Source: a virus (Duplodnaviria; Caudoviricetes). Taken from it: a stretch of 57,075 nt of DNA. Position numbers and translations under genes: made by a program. The stretch spans positions 1 to 57,075 of IMG/VR virus record IMGVR_UViG_3300037502_003070. One strand, given 5' to 3'. Position 1 is the stretch's first letter. Each line of letters begins with the position of its first letter. Below the pieces are notes generated by a model that saw only the letters and a program-made list of their open reading frames with translations, did no database searches and was not told where the DNA came from. Shown piece after piece: positions 10,388-20,720 of this stretch.

Positions 10388-11443
10388 TCAGGCCGTGATT
10401 ACGTCTTTAAAAACGAATCCCGACGCCGAAGCGGTGATTACCGCGTCGAAATCGTCAACGACGTGACCTTCAAGCCGACGATGCTTTTCGTCCTTGAATT
10501 CCTCGACGGTCATTTCCTCGTACATGAAGAGACAGCACGTCGAAAAATTCGGGCCGTTTCCGGCCGGTGCAACGAGCGAACCAGGGCGGGCCATCAAGTA
10601 GGCACGACCGGGAGTTGCCACGAAGCTTCGAGTCGGGGACGACGCCCCACGTCGGGAAGTGACCTTGACGGTATCCTCGACTACCACTGGGTAGCCATAG
10701 AGTTCGTCCGGCAAGCCGTATTGGCTCCATCGGCCCGCCTGACCCTTCACCTGAGCGTAGGCATCCGGCGACCCCTTGATATGGTCGACGATTTCTTGGC
10801 ATTCGCTGATCCGGTGGGCCGTTTCAACGTCCAGGACGAGCCTCAAGTCTTTCTTCCGGACAACCGAAAGCGTCGATTTGAGGATCACTTCGGCCGCGTA
10901 ATTCAGCGACCGCTTGATATCCTGCCTCGCAACGGTCGAAGCGTCCCACGGGCCGGTATTGCCCGAAATATCGTCGACGGCGATAACGTGGCTCGATTCC
11001 CAGTTCGAATCGTTCCCCAAAATCGCGTGGACACGGGCCGTCCTGGCCGTCATGGCCTGTTGGGCTTTGATGGACTTATGCGTCTCGCTGATCGCCCAAT
11101 CGGCCTGTTCGACCGACTTATTTCCAAGCTTGTACGGGTAATCGTATCGCTTGGTGAAGTAATCGAGGTAACCGAAGCTCTCGGTACCGTCATTGTTTTG
11201 CGGCCGATCGGCACCGTCGGGCCAAACGAATTCCGCCAAATCGGTACTGAGAATCCGACCGGCTTCCTCGGTCGTGACCTTCAGGTAAAACCCGCGATCT
11301 TTCGAAACGGGCTTAAGCTGAATGTAGCTGTTCAGCGGGAATTGATCTGGGTTTCGGCTGAAACCGATCACCAATCCGCCAGTCGCCTCATGGTCGGGGA
11401 CGTAAGTGTTCGATTGTCCCGGACGCACAAAAGTAGTGGTCAT
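10388..11443 (-). CDS. Major capsid protein (HK97-fold)
   Basis: 351 aa; between decoration and connector genes; LPDELYGYPVVV motif and C-terminal GFVFKDVI. Confidence 0.85.
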   Translation of the reverse strand: MTTTFVRPGQSNTYVPDHEATGGLVIGFSRNPDQFPLNSYIQLKPVSKDRGFYLKVTTEEAGRILSTDLAEFVWPDGADRPQNNDGTESFGYLDYFTKRYDYPYKLGNKSVEQADWAISETHKSIKAQQAMTARTARVHAILGNDSNWESSHVIAVDDISGNTGPWDASTVARQDIKRSLNYAAEVILKSTLSVVRKKDLRLVLDVETAHRISECQEIVDHIKGSPDAYAQVKGQAGRWSQYGLPDELYGYPVVVEDTVKVTSRRGASSPTRSFVATPGRAYLMARPGSLVAPAGNGPNFSTCCLFMYEEMTVEEFKDEKHRRLEGHVVDDFDAVITASASGFVFKDVITA

Positions 11444-11501
11444 CTTGCGTTATCCTCTTTGTGGCTCGGGAGCCCGAAGCCTTACCTACGGGTTAAATAA
11501 T

Positions 11502-11526
11502 GCCGCGGGGGACGAACCCCCGCGGC
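11502..11526. terminator. GC-rich hairpin between decoration and capsid genes
   Basis: GCCGCGGGGG-ACGAA-CCCCCGCGGC perfect inverted repeat; weak U-tract, so it may be a stabiliser or processing site. Confidence 0.5.
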
Positions 11527-11543
11527 TACGGAAGTTCAAAAAA

Positions 11544-12272
11544 TCAGGCGAGGACCGGTGTGGTCGCTGCACCCGTCGCAATGTTGAGCCGTTCGACGAC
11601 CACCCATTCCGCGCCGTCCCAAACGAGCCGAACCCGGTCGCCGACGTTGCTGAACGTGATCGTGGTCCCGTCCTTCAGGTTCGCTGGGGTCAGGGTGCCG
11701 TCCCCACCATCGACTACCAGGGTGATAATCTTTTGTTGGCCGACGCTTGTCCCGTTGGCCAACGTTCCGGCATCTGCGCCGGTCGTCGTCCAGTTCGTCG
11801 AGAAGCTGGTGACGTTGATTGCACCCGCACCGGAAAGCGACTGAACGGCGGCAGTCAGAACGCCATCGAGACCGTCACCGGTTACGACGCCGGCCATCAC
11901 GGTTACCTTGCAGTTCTGATCGACAACGCAAGCCGCATCGGCGATTGCCGAATAGGCTTCGCCAACGCCGGCGACGACGGCTTTTCCGTTGGCATCGGGC
12001 TTGAGCTTGTCACCGGCGGCGATCGTTCCGCCCGCAACGACTTCGCAGGGCATCCCCTCGGTATAAACCAAGCAGGATTCGCCGGTCAGGGCCGCTTGGG
12101 CCGTGACGCCCGGCAGGGGAGCGTATCGCGTTCCTTCGTAGGAAACGCCGACTGCCAGGTCACCGGCCACGGCTTGAAGGATCCCCATATCGGTTGCGGT
12201 GTCCCGCTTGACGAATCGCGAGGGGAGGATCGTGCCCCGCGCGATGTAACTTCGTTGGCTATTGCCCGACAT
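11544..12272 (-). CDS. Capsid decoration/cement protein (DUF2190-like) with C-terminal extension
   Basis: VVAGGTIAAGDKLKPDANGKAV motif; located between scaffold and capsid genes. Confidence 0.75.
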   Translation of the reverse strand: MSGNSQRSYIARGTILPSRFVKRDTATDMGILQAVAGDLAVGVSYEGTRYAPLPGVTAQAALTGESCLVYTEGMPCEVVAGGTIAAGDKLKPDANGKAVVAGVGEAYSAIADAACVVDQNCKVTVMAGVVTGDGLDGVLTAAVQSLSGAGAINVTSFSTNWTTTGADAGTLANGTSVGQQKIITLVVDGGDGTLTPANLKDGTTITFSNVGDRVRLVWDGAEWVVVERLNIATGAATTPVLA

Positions 12273-12332
12273 TTTCTATGCCTCGGTCTATTGCTGCGTG
12301 GGTAGGAAAACGCCCTTTCCGGGCACAAAAAA

Positions 12333-14021
12333 TCAGTGGCCGCCCATTTCTTCCTGGGCGAGCTTTTTGGCTTCGCTGTGGGTCAGCTTCCGGCCGGCCG
12401 CCAAGGCTTGCGTGTAGACCTCGACGGTTCGCGCCGCCAAGTTGGCCTCATATCGCTCGGTTTCGACCGATCGCGATCGCTCGGGGAACACACCCTGGGG
12501 GATCATCCCCGTCGCGACGGGGGCCTTTGCGGCGTAGTGTTCAAGTTCTTCCAGGTGGGACGCGAATTGCTCGTCATCCATCTGGGATCCGGCCGAATAA
12601 AGGCACTTCGAGAATTCCCGATCGGGCTCGATGAAATGCGGGTATTGGTTGGCCAATTCATTGATCGACGCCCGGCGGTTGGCGTCGGCCTCTCGCATCC
12701 GAACCTCGGCGAACCCGCGACGAAGGGCGGCGTGTTCTTCGAGCAATTCCCGGTGGCTCGACTCAAGGGCCGAATATCGCTCGGAAAGTTCCTCGTTCTG
12801 CTCGGCAATCGCCTGATATTGTTCGCGACTCATTTCGTCTTCCCCCTCGGCGGCGCCGAATCGGTTGGTCATGTACTGTTGATTTTGCTGGGGCATTCCC
12901 ATCCCGCCGTAGGGCATCATGGAGCCGGCCCCGTACTTCGGCCCACAAGCGAACTTGTCCGATTCATCGGGCTTTCCGCCCATTCCCGGCGGCTGGCCCA
13001 TCCCTGGCGGCTGACTCGCGGTTGGCTGGCCCATTGCGGAAGTGGCCGGCGGCGGCTGGGCTCCCCCAACTGCGCCGGCGCCCACCGGCGCGGCTGACCC
13101 TCCCATACCGCCGCCGGCTGGCTCCATTTCCCCGCTCTGCATCATTTGGCTGAGGAATTGAAATTGCGGCGTGCTTTGGATCGCTTCAAGAATTTGGGTA
13201 ATGTCTTCGGGGGCTAGCATTTTCGCCTTCTCCGGCTGCGTGGGTGGGGTTCCGGTCGCGTACTCGTCGCGGTCGTCGTCGTCGGTTTCGCCCGGTATGT
13301 AGGTGTTTCCGCCGGGGAGGGCGGCGACGGCTTCGTAGATTTCCCGGTGGCCTTCGGCTGCGTCGAATCCGTACTGAACCGGAAGCGGTAACCTGGGGGC
13401 TTCCGAAAGGGCGGCGATCGGGTCGATATACGAACGACCATTTGCCCGCAGGGTCAAAACCTCGACGGACCGGCGGGGGCGATCGCGGAAAGTGTGCGAC
13501 TCGTCTCGGCGGCGGTGCTCGTCACCGAATAACGCAAACCGGGGGCTGACCCGGCCGATCATGCCGATTCGGAACGGGCCGGCGAATCCGATCGTCCTTG
13601 GCGGGATCGGGTCGCGCTTCCCGCTCGGGAGGGTGTGCTTATCGACGATCGCGCTGTATGCGTCGGTGTCGGCGATTCGCAGGTTGTTTTCGCGGACGAT
13701 CGACTTAATCCGCTCGATATCGTTTTTCTTGACGATTTCGGCCCCGGTTTCGGGGTCGCGGGTCGCGGTTTCGTGCTCATGCCACAGGCAGACGTTCCGC
13801 CGACATTCAAACTGTTCCGGCGGGAAAACTGCCTGAGCCCGTTCGGTTTCGGGGTCGCCAAAACTTGCGTCACAAGCCTCCCAAACGACTTGGTTTCGCT
13901 GTGCTGGATCCGGGAAGATCGCCATCAGTTCCCGATGCGCGCGGACCGTGTAATCTTCGCGGGATTCACCCGGAAGCGGTCGCGGCGCGGAAACTGGGAG
14001 TCGTGCGATCATTTGGTCCAT
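12333..14021 (-). CDS. Prohead protease-scaffold fusion (Mu gpI-like)
   Basis: RRSVE..IAAL..P protease-like motifs, Gly/Pro/Met linker and coiled-coil C-terminus; synteny. Confidence 0.7.
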   Translation of the reverse strand: MDQMIARLPVSAPRPLPGESREDYTVRAHRELMAIFPDPAQRNQVVWEACDASFGDPETERAQAVFPPEQFECRRNVCLWHEHETATRDPETGAEIVKKNDIERIKSIVRENNLRIADTDAYSAIVDKHTLPSGKRDPIPPRTIGFAGPFRIGMIGRVSPRFALFGDEHRRRDESHTFRDRPRRSVEVLTLRANGRSYIDPIAALSEAPRLPLPVQYGFDAAEGHREIYEAVAALPGGNTYIPGETDDDDRDEYATGTPPTQPEKAKMLAPEDITQILEAIQSTPQFQFLSQMMQSGEMEPAGGGMGGSAAPVGAGAVGGAQPPPATSAMGQPTASQPPGMGQPPGMGGKPDESDKFACGPKYGAGSMMPYGGMGMPQQNQQYMTNRFGAAEGEDEMSREQYQAIAEQNEELSERYSALESSHRELLEEHAALRRGFAEVRMREADANRRASINELANQYPHFIEPDREFSKCLYSAGSQMDDEQFASHLEELEHYAAKAPVATGMIPQGVFPERSRSVETERYEANLAARTVEVYTQALAAGRKLTHSEAKKLAQEEMGGH

Positions 14022-14026
14022 AAACG

Positions 14027-14071
14027 AAAAAAGCCGGCGGGCTGCAGGATTTCTCCCGCGGCCCGCCGGCT
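14027..14071 (-). terminator. Intrinsic terminator-like hairpin just upstream of the protease-scaffold start
   Basis: 11-bp stem AGCCGGCGGGC/GCCCGCCGGCT; U-tract on the - strand ends 5 nt before the ATG. Confidence 0.7.
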
Positions 14072-14121
14072 CCGTTTTTCGGTTGCCTAGTGGCTGTTTG
14101 GTGGTGGTCTAGTGGTTGGTA

Positions 14122-14337
14122 CTATAGCGACTTTTTATCAATGTCGCCAAGTATTTGAGTTTTTTCGGTTGCGATTTTCGACAATCGGATTTTCCCGTGC
14201 TGGACTTGGAGTTCAAGCCGCGCGGAAAAAAACTCGTTGATTTCAAGCTGCGACCGGATCGTCTTTGCGAATTCGGTCAGGACGCTGAATATCAACGACT
14301 CGTTTTCGTCTTTCGCCATAGCTCGATTGTCGGTCAC
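14122..14337 (-). CDS. Small protein, YezD/DUF2292-like
   Basis: 71 aa; LELQVQHGKI..EK pattern; ATGA overlap with the 2128-aa gene. Confidence 0.5.
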   Translation of the reverse strand: MTDNRAMAKDENESLIFSVLTEFAKTIRSQLEINEFFSARLELQVQHGKIRLSKIATEKTQILGDIDKKSL

Positions 14338-17300
14338 CTGATCGCCTGAGTCAATCGAGGACGAAACGACCCGCCGGGCAAACCCACCCTGGCGGAATAT
14401 CGCTCGGCGACCGCGAATCGGCCGGCAGAGAACGGAACGAAATCATCGTCCTGCTGGCGTTCCTCCCGTTCCTCTTCCCATTCGGACGGGGTGCCCATTC
14501 GCTCATAATCCGATCGGTCCCATGCCGCGTCGATAACTTCCGGCGAATCCTTGGCCAGTTTTTCGGGGATCCCGTCGCGTAGAAGTGCGAACAAAGCCCC
14601 TTCGACATCACCGCCAGCCCCCTTCATTTTCGGGGCCAGGATATGCGGATATTGCCGCTGTGCAAACTCGGCCATTTGGTCGAATCGGGAGATTTTGTCG
14701 TAATCGCGGGCGGCTTTCACTTGGTTGATAAAAGCCCCGGCATTTCGGCCGTAACCCGCAAACGCCATTATTTCACGGATCGCCGACAATCGATCCTGAG
14801 CGTCGGAATTCATTTCTGAGAACGTCCGATCGACGATTTTCTTAAACTCCCGAACGTCGGTTGGGTGGTCGCCGATTTTCTCGACGATCGCTTTTTCTAG
14901 CTTCGTCACGGGTACGAATTTCTTTCCGCCAGTCGCCTTGGCCTTTTTGCGGGCCGCCTTGGCCTTTTCTTGGCTGTTGTCGGTGCGATATTCGCCGGTT
15001 TCCTTGATTCGCTTGACGCTGCCAGGGAGGAATACACGACGGGCCTCTTCGCCTTCGCCGACGGTGATGAATCGGCCCCGATCGCCGTAGGTGCCGGTCG
15101 TGGTTTTCGGCTTCTTTTCTTTTTTGGTGGCCCCTGATCCGGCTCGATACTGTTCGAGGAATCGATCGATTTGGTCGGCCGAAAATTGTTGCTTGTCGTC
15201 GCTCGCCTTGGCGGTCCTGATTGCATCGGGAATCCACCGATTTTGATTGACGTGCCCAAGTTCCTCATTTGATCGGCTGTACGTTTCCTCCATCCATTTC
15301 GCTGCGTCCCTTAACTGCTTTCGAGTAAATTTCCCGTCAAGCTGCGCTCGATAAGCGTCCATGCCTCGGTTGGCGTACCCGTTGCGGTCGTAGCTTGTCT
15401 GGCTACCGTCAACTTTGAGCGCTTCGGCGATAACTGGGCCGCTCGGGTGCTTTTTCAGGAAATCGTTTACTTGCTTCAGTCCTTCCTGCCCTAGTTTGGG
15501 CTTTTTAATTCCCATCGCTTTTTGGATGGCTTCGGCTTCGTAAGACGCTCGCTTAAACAGGTCGGATTGCGGCAGGGGCATTTCCTCGCCCGCCCCGTCT
15601 CCACCAAACATATCCCGTTGCCCCGGAAGCGACTTCCGGCTTTCGGCTCGTTTCTTTTCTTCTTCGTCAATTTGCTCAAGCAGACTTGCCGACGGTGCTT
15701 CACCCTTCCTGGCTGCCCGCTGATCGGCCTTGGTCGGTCGAACCATGTTGAACAGCGACTTTTGGCCGGTGTTCATGTCATCGCCGCCGAATAGCGACGC
15801 CTGTTGACCGGGGACCATTTCGGGGGTGAAGGTTGACGGGGCGGGAGATGGGGCGGGGGCGGGGGTGGGCTTAGAGCCCGCTTGTTGCTTACCGCGATCA
15901 AAGGCGGCGCTGGCCGCGTTGGCAATCTTGTCGGTAACGTCCCCACGGGAAACGGCGGAATTGATCGCGGAATCAAAGCCCTTTTCAAAGTCTTTGGCGG
16001 TCAGTTTCCCGGCAGTCTGTAGCGCCCGACCGAGATAAAACTTTCGTATGTCATCGTCCGAGTAATTGTTGATTTTTCCGGTTTCGTACCAACTTGAAGA
16101 CGATTCCTCGCCCGGCATTTTTTGCCCGGACGCTTCGCGGATCTTGCCTTTCATTGCCGATTGAGCGAACGGATGGGCGGGGGCGGGCTTCGCGGTCGCG
16201 GGCTCGTAAACCGTCGGGAGACCATTGGCTGTCATTTCGTCGGCGGTGCCCTTCCGCTTGGTCAGAACGCCTTTACTGACAAGCGATTCGAGCGTTTGCC
16301 GCTGCTGGTCGGTTAGGTTTCCGCTGTCCCATTCGCCCTCCTTTGCGACTCGGCTTTCGTAGCTGCTCGCTTTGGTATTTCGTTCCGCTGTCGCATTCTT
16401 GACGACAAACTTTTGCCCGCGTTTTGACTTCAATTCATCGAGCATTTTTTCCGGGTCGCGACTCCCGCCGGCCGCCAGCGAGAATGCGTCAACAAAACTC
16501 ACCTTTCCGTTGTTGACGATCGCAACGCCATCTTTCCCTTTGGTGGCTGCGTTTACCTTGGAAATGTCGGCGTCCGATACTCCGATCGACTTCAGGTGCG
16601 ATTCTAGCCCGTCGCTGGCGCCCGCACCGCTCCCCGGCGCATCCGGATTCTGCCACTTGCTGACCGACTTGATATCCGTGCGGTGGTCCGGGTTCTTCGC
16701 CTTGGCTGTGTCGTTGATCGCGAACGTCACCCCGCTGTCCCGGTTCACTTGCGGCTTGCCATTGATAACCGGATGGGCAACCACGGTTCCAAAACGTGAC
16801 TTGAAAACCTCGTACTCCTGGCCGGTCGAATCGGTGAACCGGTCGCGGGCTTGCAGGTCGCCGGCTTCGGGTGCGGTCGCGCCGCCCGTCCCGGCTCCCG
16901 CCGACTCAAGGTGATTGAAATACTTCATTTCGGTCGGTGTCAAAGCGATCGAGATTGTCGAATCGCTTGGGTCTATCAATTCGTTGCCTTCGCCACGAAT
17001 CCAACCCTCCCCCTGAAGCGTTTCGACAAACTCTCGTTTTGTCATTACGTCTCCGCGATACCGCTGAAGTTTTTCAAGGGCTGCTTTCGCCTTTCCAAAT
17101 TGCATCGGATTGTCTTTCATAAAGCCTTTGAACGCATCGACAGATTCTTTTTTCTTGGCTGCCTCTGCGGCTGCCCTGGCGTCCTCTTTTGCGGACGCTT
17201 CAGATTTCTGCCTGTCCCGTTCTTTGCTAAATCCCGCGCTTTTGAGCGCTGATTCTTCGGTGTCGTGTATTTCGTCACCAAGAAGCCTATCTGCCGGCTC

Positions 17301-20300
17301 GGTTTTGACCATGAATTTCTTGCCGGACTTGTAAACTGAATTGACGGGAATCGACTTGTATTCGTCGATTGTTTTTGGCTCGGGGTAATTTTCGCGACTG
17401 TTCGCCTTCTCGCCGCCCGCCGCCTTCCCGCCCCCGCCAATCTCCCCAATCTTCATTCCATCGAATTTCCCGCCCATCCCCGCTTTAATCGTCCCATCCT
17501 TCTTATCGATCATCACGGGTACGCCTTTGGAGTCCGGTCCGTTCGGTTTGACGGTGATCCAATCGAACATTTGCTGACCAGGGGAGGACTTAACCTTTCT
17601 GGCGGCGTACTGTTCGACGGATAGGCCGAAAAGTTCCGCCATGAATCGATCGACTAGGGAGTCGGCGGCGGAATACTGGGAGGATTCGCTGAATTTCATT
17701 TTTAGCAAGCTTTCCGCGCTTTGTTTTGCTGCACTTGTCAACTGCCTTTGCCATGCCTTGTTTGATGGCGACCACCGCCACCCCGACCGTTTCAGGCTGT
17801 CGATAACCGACCGGTCCGGCTTTTGATCGTGAATGATTCGGATTCGATTGTCGGCGTAATCCATCTTGACCGACCCGCCGTCGAATTCGAAATCGGTTTT
17901 CTTTTCGCCTGATTCGGCTTTCTTGGCTTCGGCTTCGAATTTCCCCTGGAGGGCAATCTGTTCGCGAACTCGCTTCATGTTCGCGTTGTTATTTCGTAGT
18001 TCGAAATCTGCGATCCCAAACCGACCCATAAAATCTGGCTTTAGGGCTTCCCTTGCTGCGCTTTCACTGACCCCGGACTGTTCGACAATCGCCTTCACGG
18101 CCGATTCAAGGTCGTACCCCTTTTTGAAAACTGGCCCATTTCGGCCGCTAGACTTGTCTAAGATTTTGCGGACCGCCGCATTAAGCTTCTTGGCCGATTC
18201 TTGGAATTGCTCAAGCTTTTGAAGTTTCGCTTCGAGAACATTTCCGGCCCCCGCGTCGCCGATTCGCATCGGGGCGTCTTCCGGGCTGATTTTCTTCATT
18301 ACCGCATTGCGACCCTTTTTTAACTGGTCGAGGTAATCTTGTGCCCGCTGATCGGCGGCCCTGTTGGCCTTTTCGTTTCTGGCAACTGGGAATCGCGCCG
18401 GCCCGGTGATCATCGGCGAAACAACCCGTCCCATCGCCGACAACATCGCTTCATAGGCGGACTTGGACCGCCTTACAAACTCTGGCCATTCCTGCTCAAG
18501 CGTCGCTTTTTGCTCGTCCGTTTCGGCCTTTTCGCTGAATTCGCGATAGGCTTGATTCATTTCGTCGTAAAACTCTTTTTGCCTCTGCTTGGCTCGTTCT
18601 TCTGGCGAAAAACTGATTCCAGCATGAGCCCGATAGGCCAACTCCCGCGAAATCATTCCAAGGCTGACGCCGGGGGCTACGGTTTCGGCTTTCGGCGCGG
18701 GCTCTTTTTTCTCCGCGGGTTCGGCTGGCTTGCTTTCGGGCATTTCGGCGGCTGGCGGTTCCTGCTGCTTCGGCGCGTCGTCTTGGCTTGGCCTGTTGGC
18801 CTTCCCAATCTCCCCGATTTTCTGCCCGTTAAACCTGCCACCCATCCCGGCGGCGATTGTCCCGTCTTTTTTGCTAATCATCACCGGTTGACCCTTCTCA
18901 TGCCCTGGAGGATGAACGGTGATCCATTGAAATTCCATCTGTCCCGGCGACGATTTGAGCCGGCGTTGGGCATACTGTTCGACGGTGATCCCAAGGGCCT
19001 GGGCCATGAATCGATCGACCCAAGCGTCAACGGCCGAATACTTTCCGCCGACTTCTTTCATGAAATCGTAAATCGACTCGTCGGCTTCCGATTTTAGGTC
19101 GGGACGCAATCGTCCGATTTCGTCCGCGACAAATTGAGCGGTTTCGGGGTTGGGGGTCGATTCAACCAAGCGGGAAACGTCGGATTTCCGAAGCGATTCG
19201 ATCGAATCGGCTGCGATTTTGACGTGGTTCTTGAAGTTAAATCCCTTGGGGGGCTTGGGTGCCGATAGTCGCTTTACCGCCCTCGGAGTTTTTTCGTAAT
19301 CGGGGTGCCAGTTGTCAATCGAATCACCCATCACAAACCGCTGTAATTCTTTTAGGGTAGAGTCTTCGGCGCGTCCGCGATTGACGGCCCAAACTAACTG
19401 CCGGGCTCGCTTGTTCTTTTCTTGGTCGCCACGCTCAAAATAAATTCGAAAACCGCTGTTGGGCTTGTCCTCTCCGTTTGCTTCGCCTAGCTGGATATAA
19501 GCTTCGTTGCGAGTCGTGGCCGATTCGCCGATCGACGCACCAGAAACAATAATCCTTTGCTCTCCCCTGTCAGAGTCATATCCGACGGTCCAGGGGATCA
19601 TGCTCGGGCTCCTTTCGCCCTTTGTTTCCTGCTTATTCTCTTCGCTACCAAGTTTGGGAAGCTCGTTATTCCTTCGGACTTCGTGCGGCTCTCGATCCTT
19701 GTTTTTATAGTTCTGTCTCAATCTCCAATGATTTGACGCAATTTCAAACGGCCGTTCTGTTGCGTCCATTTGCTTGTCGATCTTTTCGACTTCGCTTTTG
19801 TCTCCGGTGTACTGCCATCGACGCATTAACTCGTCCCGCTTTTTACTTAGGTCTTGCAGGATCTTTCCGGCAGGGTCGGCTGCTTGTTCCTCCGCTTCGC
19901 TTTTCTTTCTTTCGCGAGTCTTAAATGCTTTTTTTCCTGCCTTGCTTCGCCGCTCAAATTGCTCTTTTTTTCTTTTTGTCCCCAAATATTCCGAAAGCTC
20001 GTCTTTCGTCATTCCTTTGAGAAAGTCATCGTATGCCTTGAAACTTTCGGCCGTGTTTCCTGGGTATTTTTGCTTTAGCTCTTGATACTCTGATTCCATT
20101 TCGTCGTAAGTTCGCCGTTCTGGTTTCTTCGGCGGCGGCGGAGATGTTGGCCCGCCCGGCGGTCGTTCCGGCTTCGGTTCCGTTCTTACCCGAGCCGCCG
20201 CCCCGCCCGCCACTGAACCTTCCCTGGGTGCAAACTGCCCGCCCTCACCCGTCCCGGCCGGGTGCCTGGGGTGCGATTCTTCGTCCCATAGCGACTTTTG

Positions 20301-20720
20301 CCGGGCCGATGTCCTGAGCAGGTTCGACTCGGTGGCCGGATCGTCCCACAGGGATAGCTGGCCAGGGGAGTTACGTGCTCGGCGTCGTTCGTACTGCTCG
20401 ACGGTCAGGCCAAGGGCTTCGGCCATGAAGCGGTCGACGATAGGATCTTGGTCGCTAGCGGATTGCGGATCCTGAAAAGCGGAATAAACCTCGGCCGGCG
20501 AATGGTTGAAAGTGTCGTCAATAACAACTTTGCCATTCAGTAATTTGTTGACCTGATCCGCGGCCCACCTGATCGGGCTTCCTATTTCAGCGCCGGCCAT
20601 GCGAAGCGATCCGATCGAATTGGCGACAACGGAAAGCAGCTTTGGCCCCGCCCATTGACCAGTTTGGGCATCCAGCCCGATTTTTCCTTGCGGCGTTTCG
20701 ATAGTTGCCAGAAATTTCAT
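14334..20720 (-). CDS. Giant modular (polyvalent-like) protein, probable capsid-internal cargo
   Basis: 2128 aa; three VDRFMA..EQY..SPGQ repeats, HPR..GGQF motif, two WITV modules, DUF3560-like block at ~17700-18660. Confidence 0.75.
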   Translation of the reverse strand: MKFLATIETPQGKIGLDAQTGQWAGPKLLSVVANSIGSLRMAGAEIGSPIRWAADQVNKLLNGKVVIDDTFNHSPAEVYSAFQDPQSASDQDPIVDRFMAEALGLTVEQYERRRARNSPGQLSLWDDPATESNLLRTSARQKSLWDEESHPRHPAGTGEGGQFAPREGSVAGGAAARVRTEPKPERPPGGPTSPPPPKKPERRTYDEMESEYQELKQKYPGNTAESFKAYDDFLKGMTKDELSEYLGTKRKKEQFERRSKAGKKAFKTRERKKSEAEEQAADPAGKILQDLSKKRDELMRRWQYTGDKSEVEKIDKQMDATERPFEIASNHWRLRQNYKNKDREPHEVRRNNELPKLGSEENKQETKGERSPSMIPWTVGYDSDRGEQRIIVSGASIGESATTRNEAYIQLGEANGEDKPNSGFRIYFERGDQEKNKRARQLVWAVNRGRAEDSTLKELQRFVMGDSIDNWHPDYEKTPRAVKRLSAPKPPKGFNFKNHVKIAADSIESLRKSDVSRLVESTPNPETAQFVADEIGRLRPDLKSEADESIYDFMKEVGGKYSAVDAWVDRFMAQALGITVEQYAQRRLKSSPGQMEFQWITVHPPGHEKGQPVMISKKDGTIAAGMGGRFNGQKIGEIGKANRPSQDDAPKQQEPPAAEMPESKPAEPAEKKEPAPKAETVAPGVSLGMISRELAYRAHAGISFSPEERAKQRQKEFYDEMNQAYREFSEKAETDEQKATLEQEWPEFVRRSKSAYEAMLSAMGRVVSPMITGPARFPVARNEKANRAADQRAQDYLDQLKKGRNAVMKKISPEDAPMRIGDAGAGNVLEAKLQKLEQFQESAKKLNAAVRKILDKSSGRNGPVFKKGYDLESAVKAIVEQSGVSESAAREALKPDFMGRFGIADFELRNNNANMKRVREQIALQGKFEAEAKKAESGEKKTDFEFDGGSVKMDYADNRIRIIHDQKPDRSVIDSLKRSGWRWSPSNKAWQRQLTSAAKQSAESLLKMKFSESSQYSAADSLVDRFMAELFGLSVEQYAARKVKSSPGQQMFDWITVKPNGPDSKGVPVMIDKKDGTIKAGMGGKFDGMKIGEIGGGGKAAGGEKANSRENYPEPKTIDEYKSIPVNSVYKSGKKFMVKTEPADRLLGDEIHDTEESALKSAGFSKERDRQKSEASAKEDARAAAEAAKKKESVDAFKGFMKDNPMQFGKAKAALEKLQRYRGDVMTKREFVETLQGEGWIRGEGNELIDPSDSTISIALTPTEMKYFNHLESAGAGTGGATAPEAGDLQARDRFTDSTGQEYEVFKSRFGTVVAHPVINGKPQVNRDSGVTFAINDTAKAKNPDHRTDIKSVSKWQNPDAPGSGAGASDGLESHLKSIGVSDADISKVNAATKGKDGVAIVNNGKVSFVDAFSLAAGGSRDPEKMLDELKSKRGQKFVVKNATAERNTKASSYESRVAKEGEWDSGNLTDQQRQTLESLVSKGVLTKRKGTADEMTANGLPTVYEPATAKPAPAHPFAQSAMKGKIREASGQKMPGEESSSSWYETGKINNYSDDDIRKFYLGRALQTAGKLTAKDFEKGFDSAINSAVSRGDVTDKIANAASAAFDRGKQQAGSKPTPAPAPSPAPSTFTPEMVPGQQASLFGGDDMNTGQKSLFNMVRPTKADQRAARKGEAPSASLLEQIDEEEKKRAESRKSLPGQRDMFGGDGAGEEMPLPQSDLFKRASYEAEAIQKAMGIKKPKLGQEGLKQVNDFLKKHPSGPVIAEALKVDGSQTSYDRNGYANRGMDAYRAQLDGKFTRKQLRDAAKWMEETYSRSNEELGHVNQNRWIPDAIRTAKASDDKQQFSADQIDRFLEQYRAGSGATKKEKKPKTTTGTYGDRGRFITVGEGEEARRVFLPGSVKRIKETGEYRTDNSQEKAKAARKKAKATGGKKFVPVTKLEKAIVEKIGDHPTDVREFKKIVDRTFSEMNSDAQDRLSAIREIMAFAGYGRNAGAFINQVKAARDYDKISRFDQMAEFAQRQYPHILAPKMKGAGGDVEGALFALLRDGIPEKLAKDSPEVIDAAWDRSDYERMGTPSEWEEEREERQQDDDFVPFSAGRFAVAERYSARVGLPGGSFRPRLTQAIR

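Noticed and set aside
10334-13097. Long + strand ORFs (388, 299 and 253 aa)
   Set aside because: Antisense shadows of the capsid, decoration and scaffold genes in GC-rich DNA; no motifs
14334-20720. DGR template/variable repeats or inteins in the giant gene
   Set aside because: Repeats are conserved at protein level without adenine-specific changes; no reverse transcriptase or intein motifs seen
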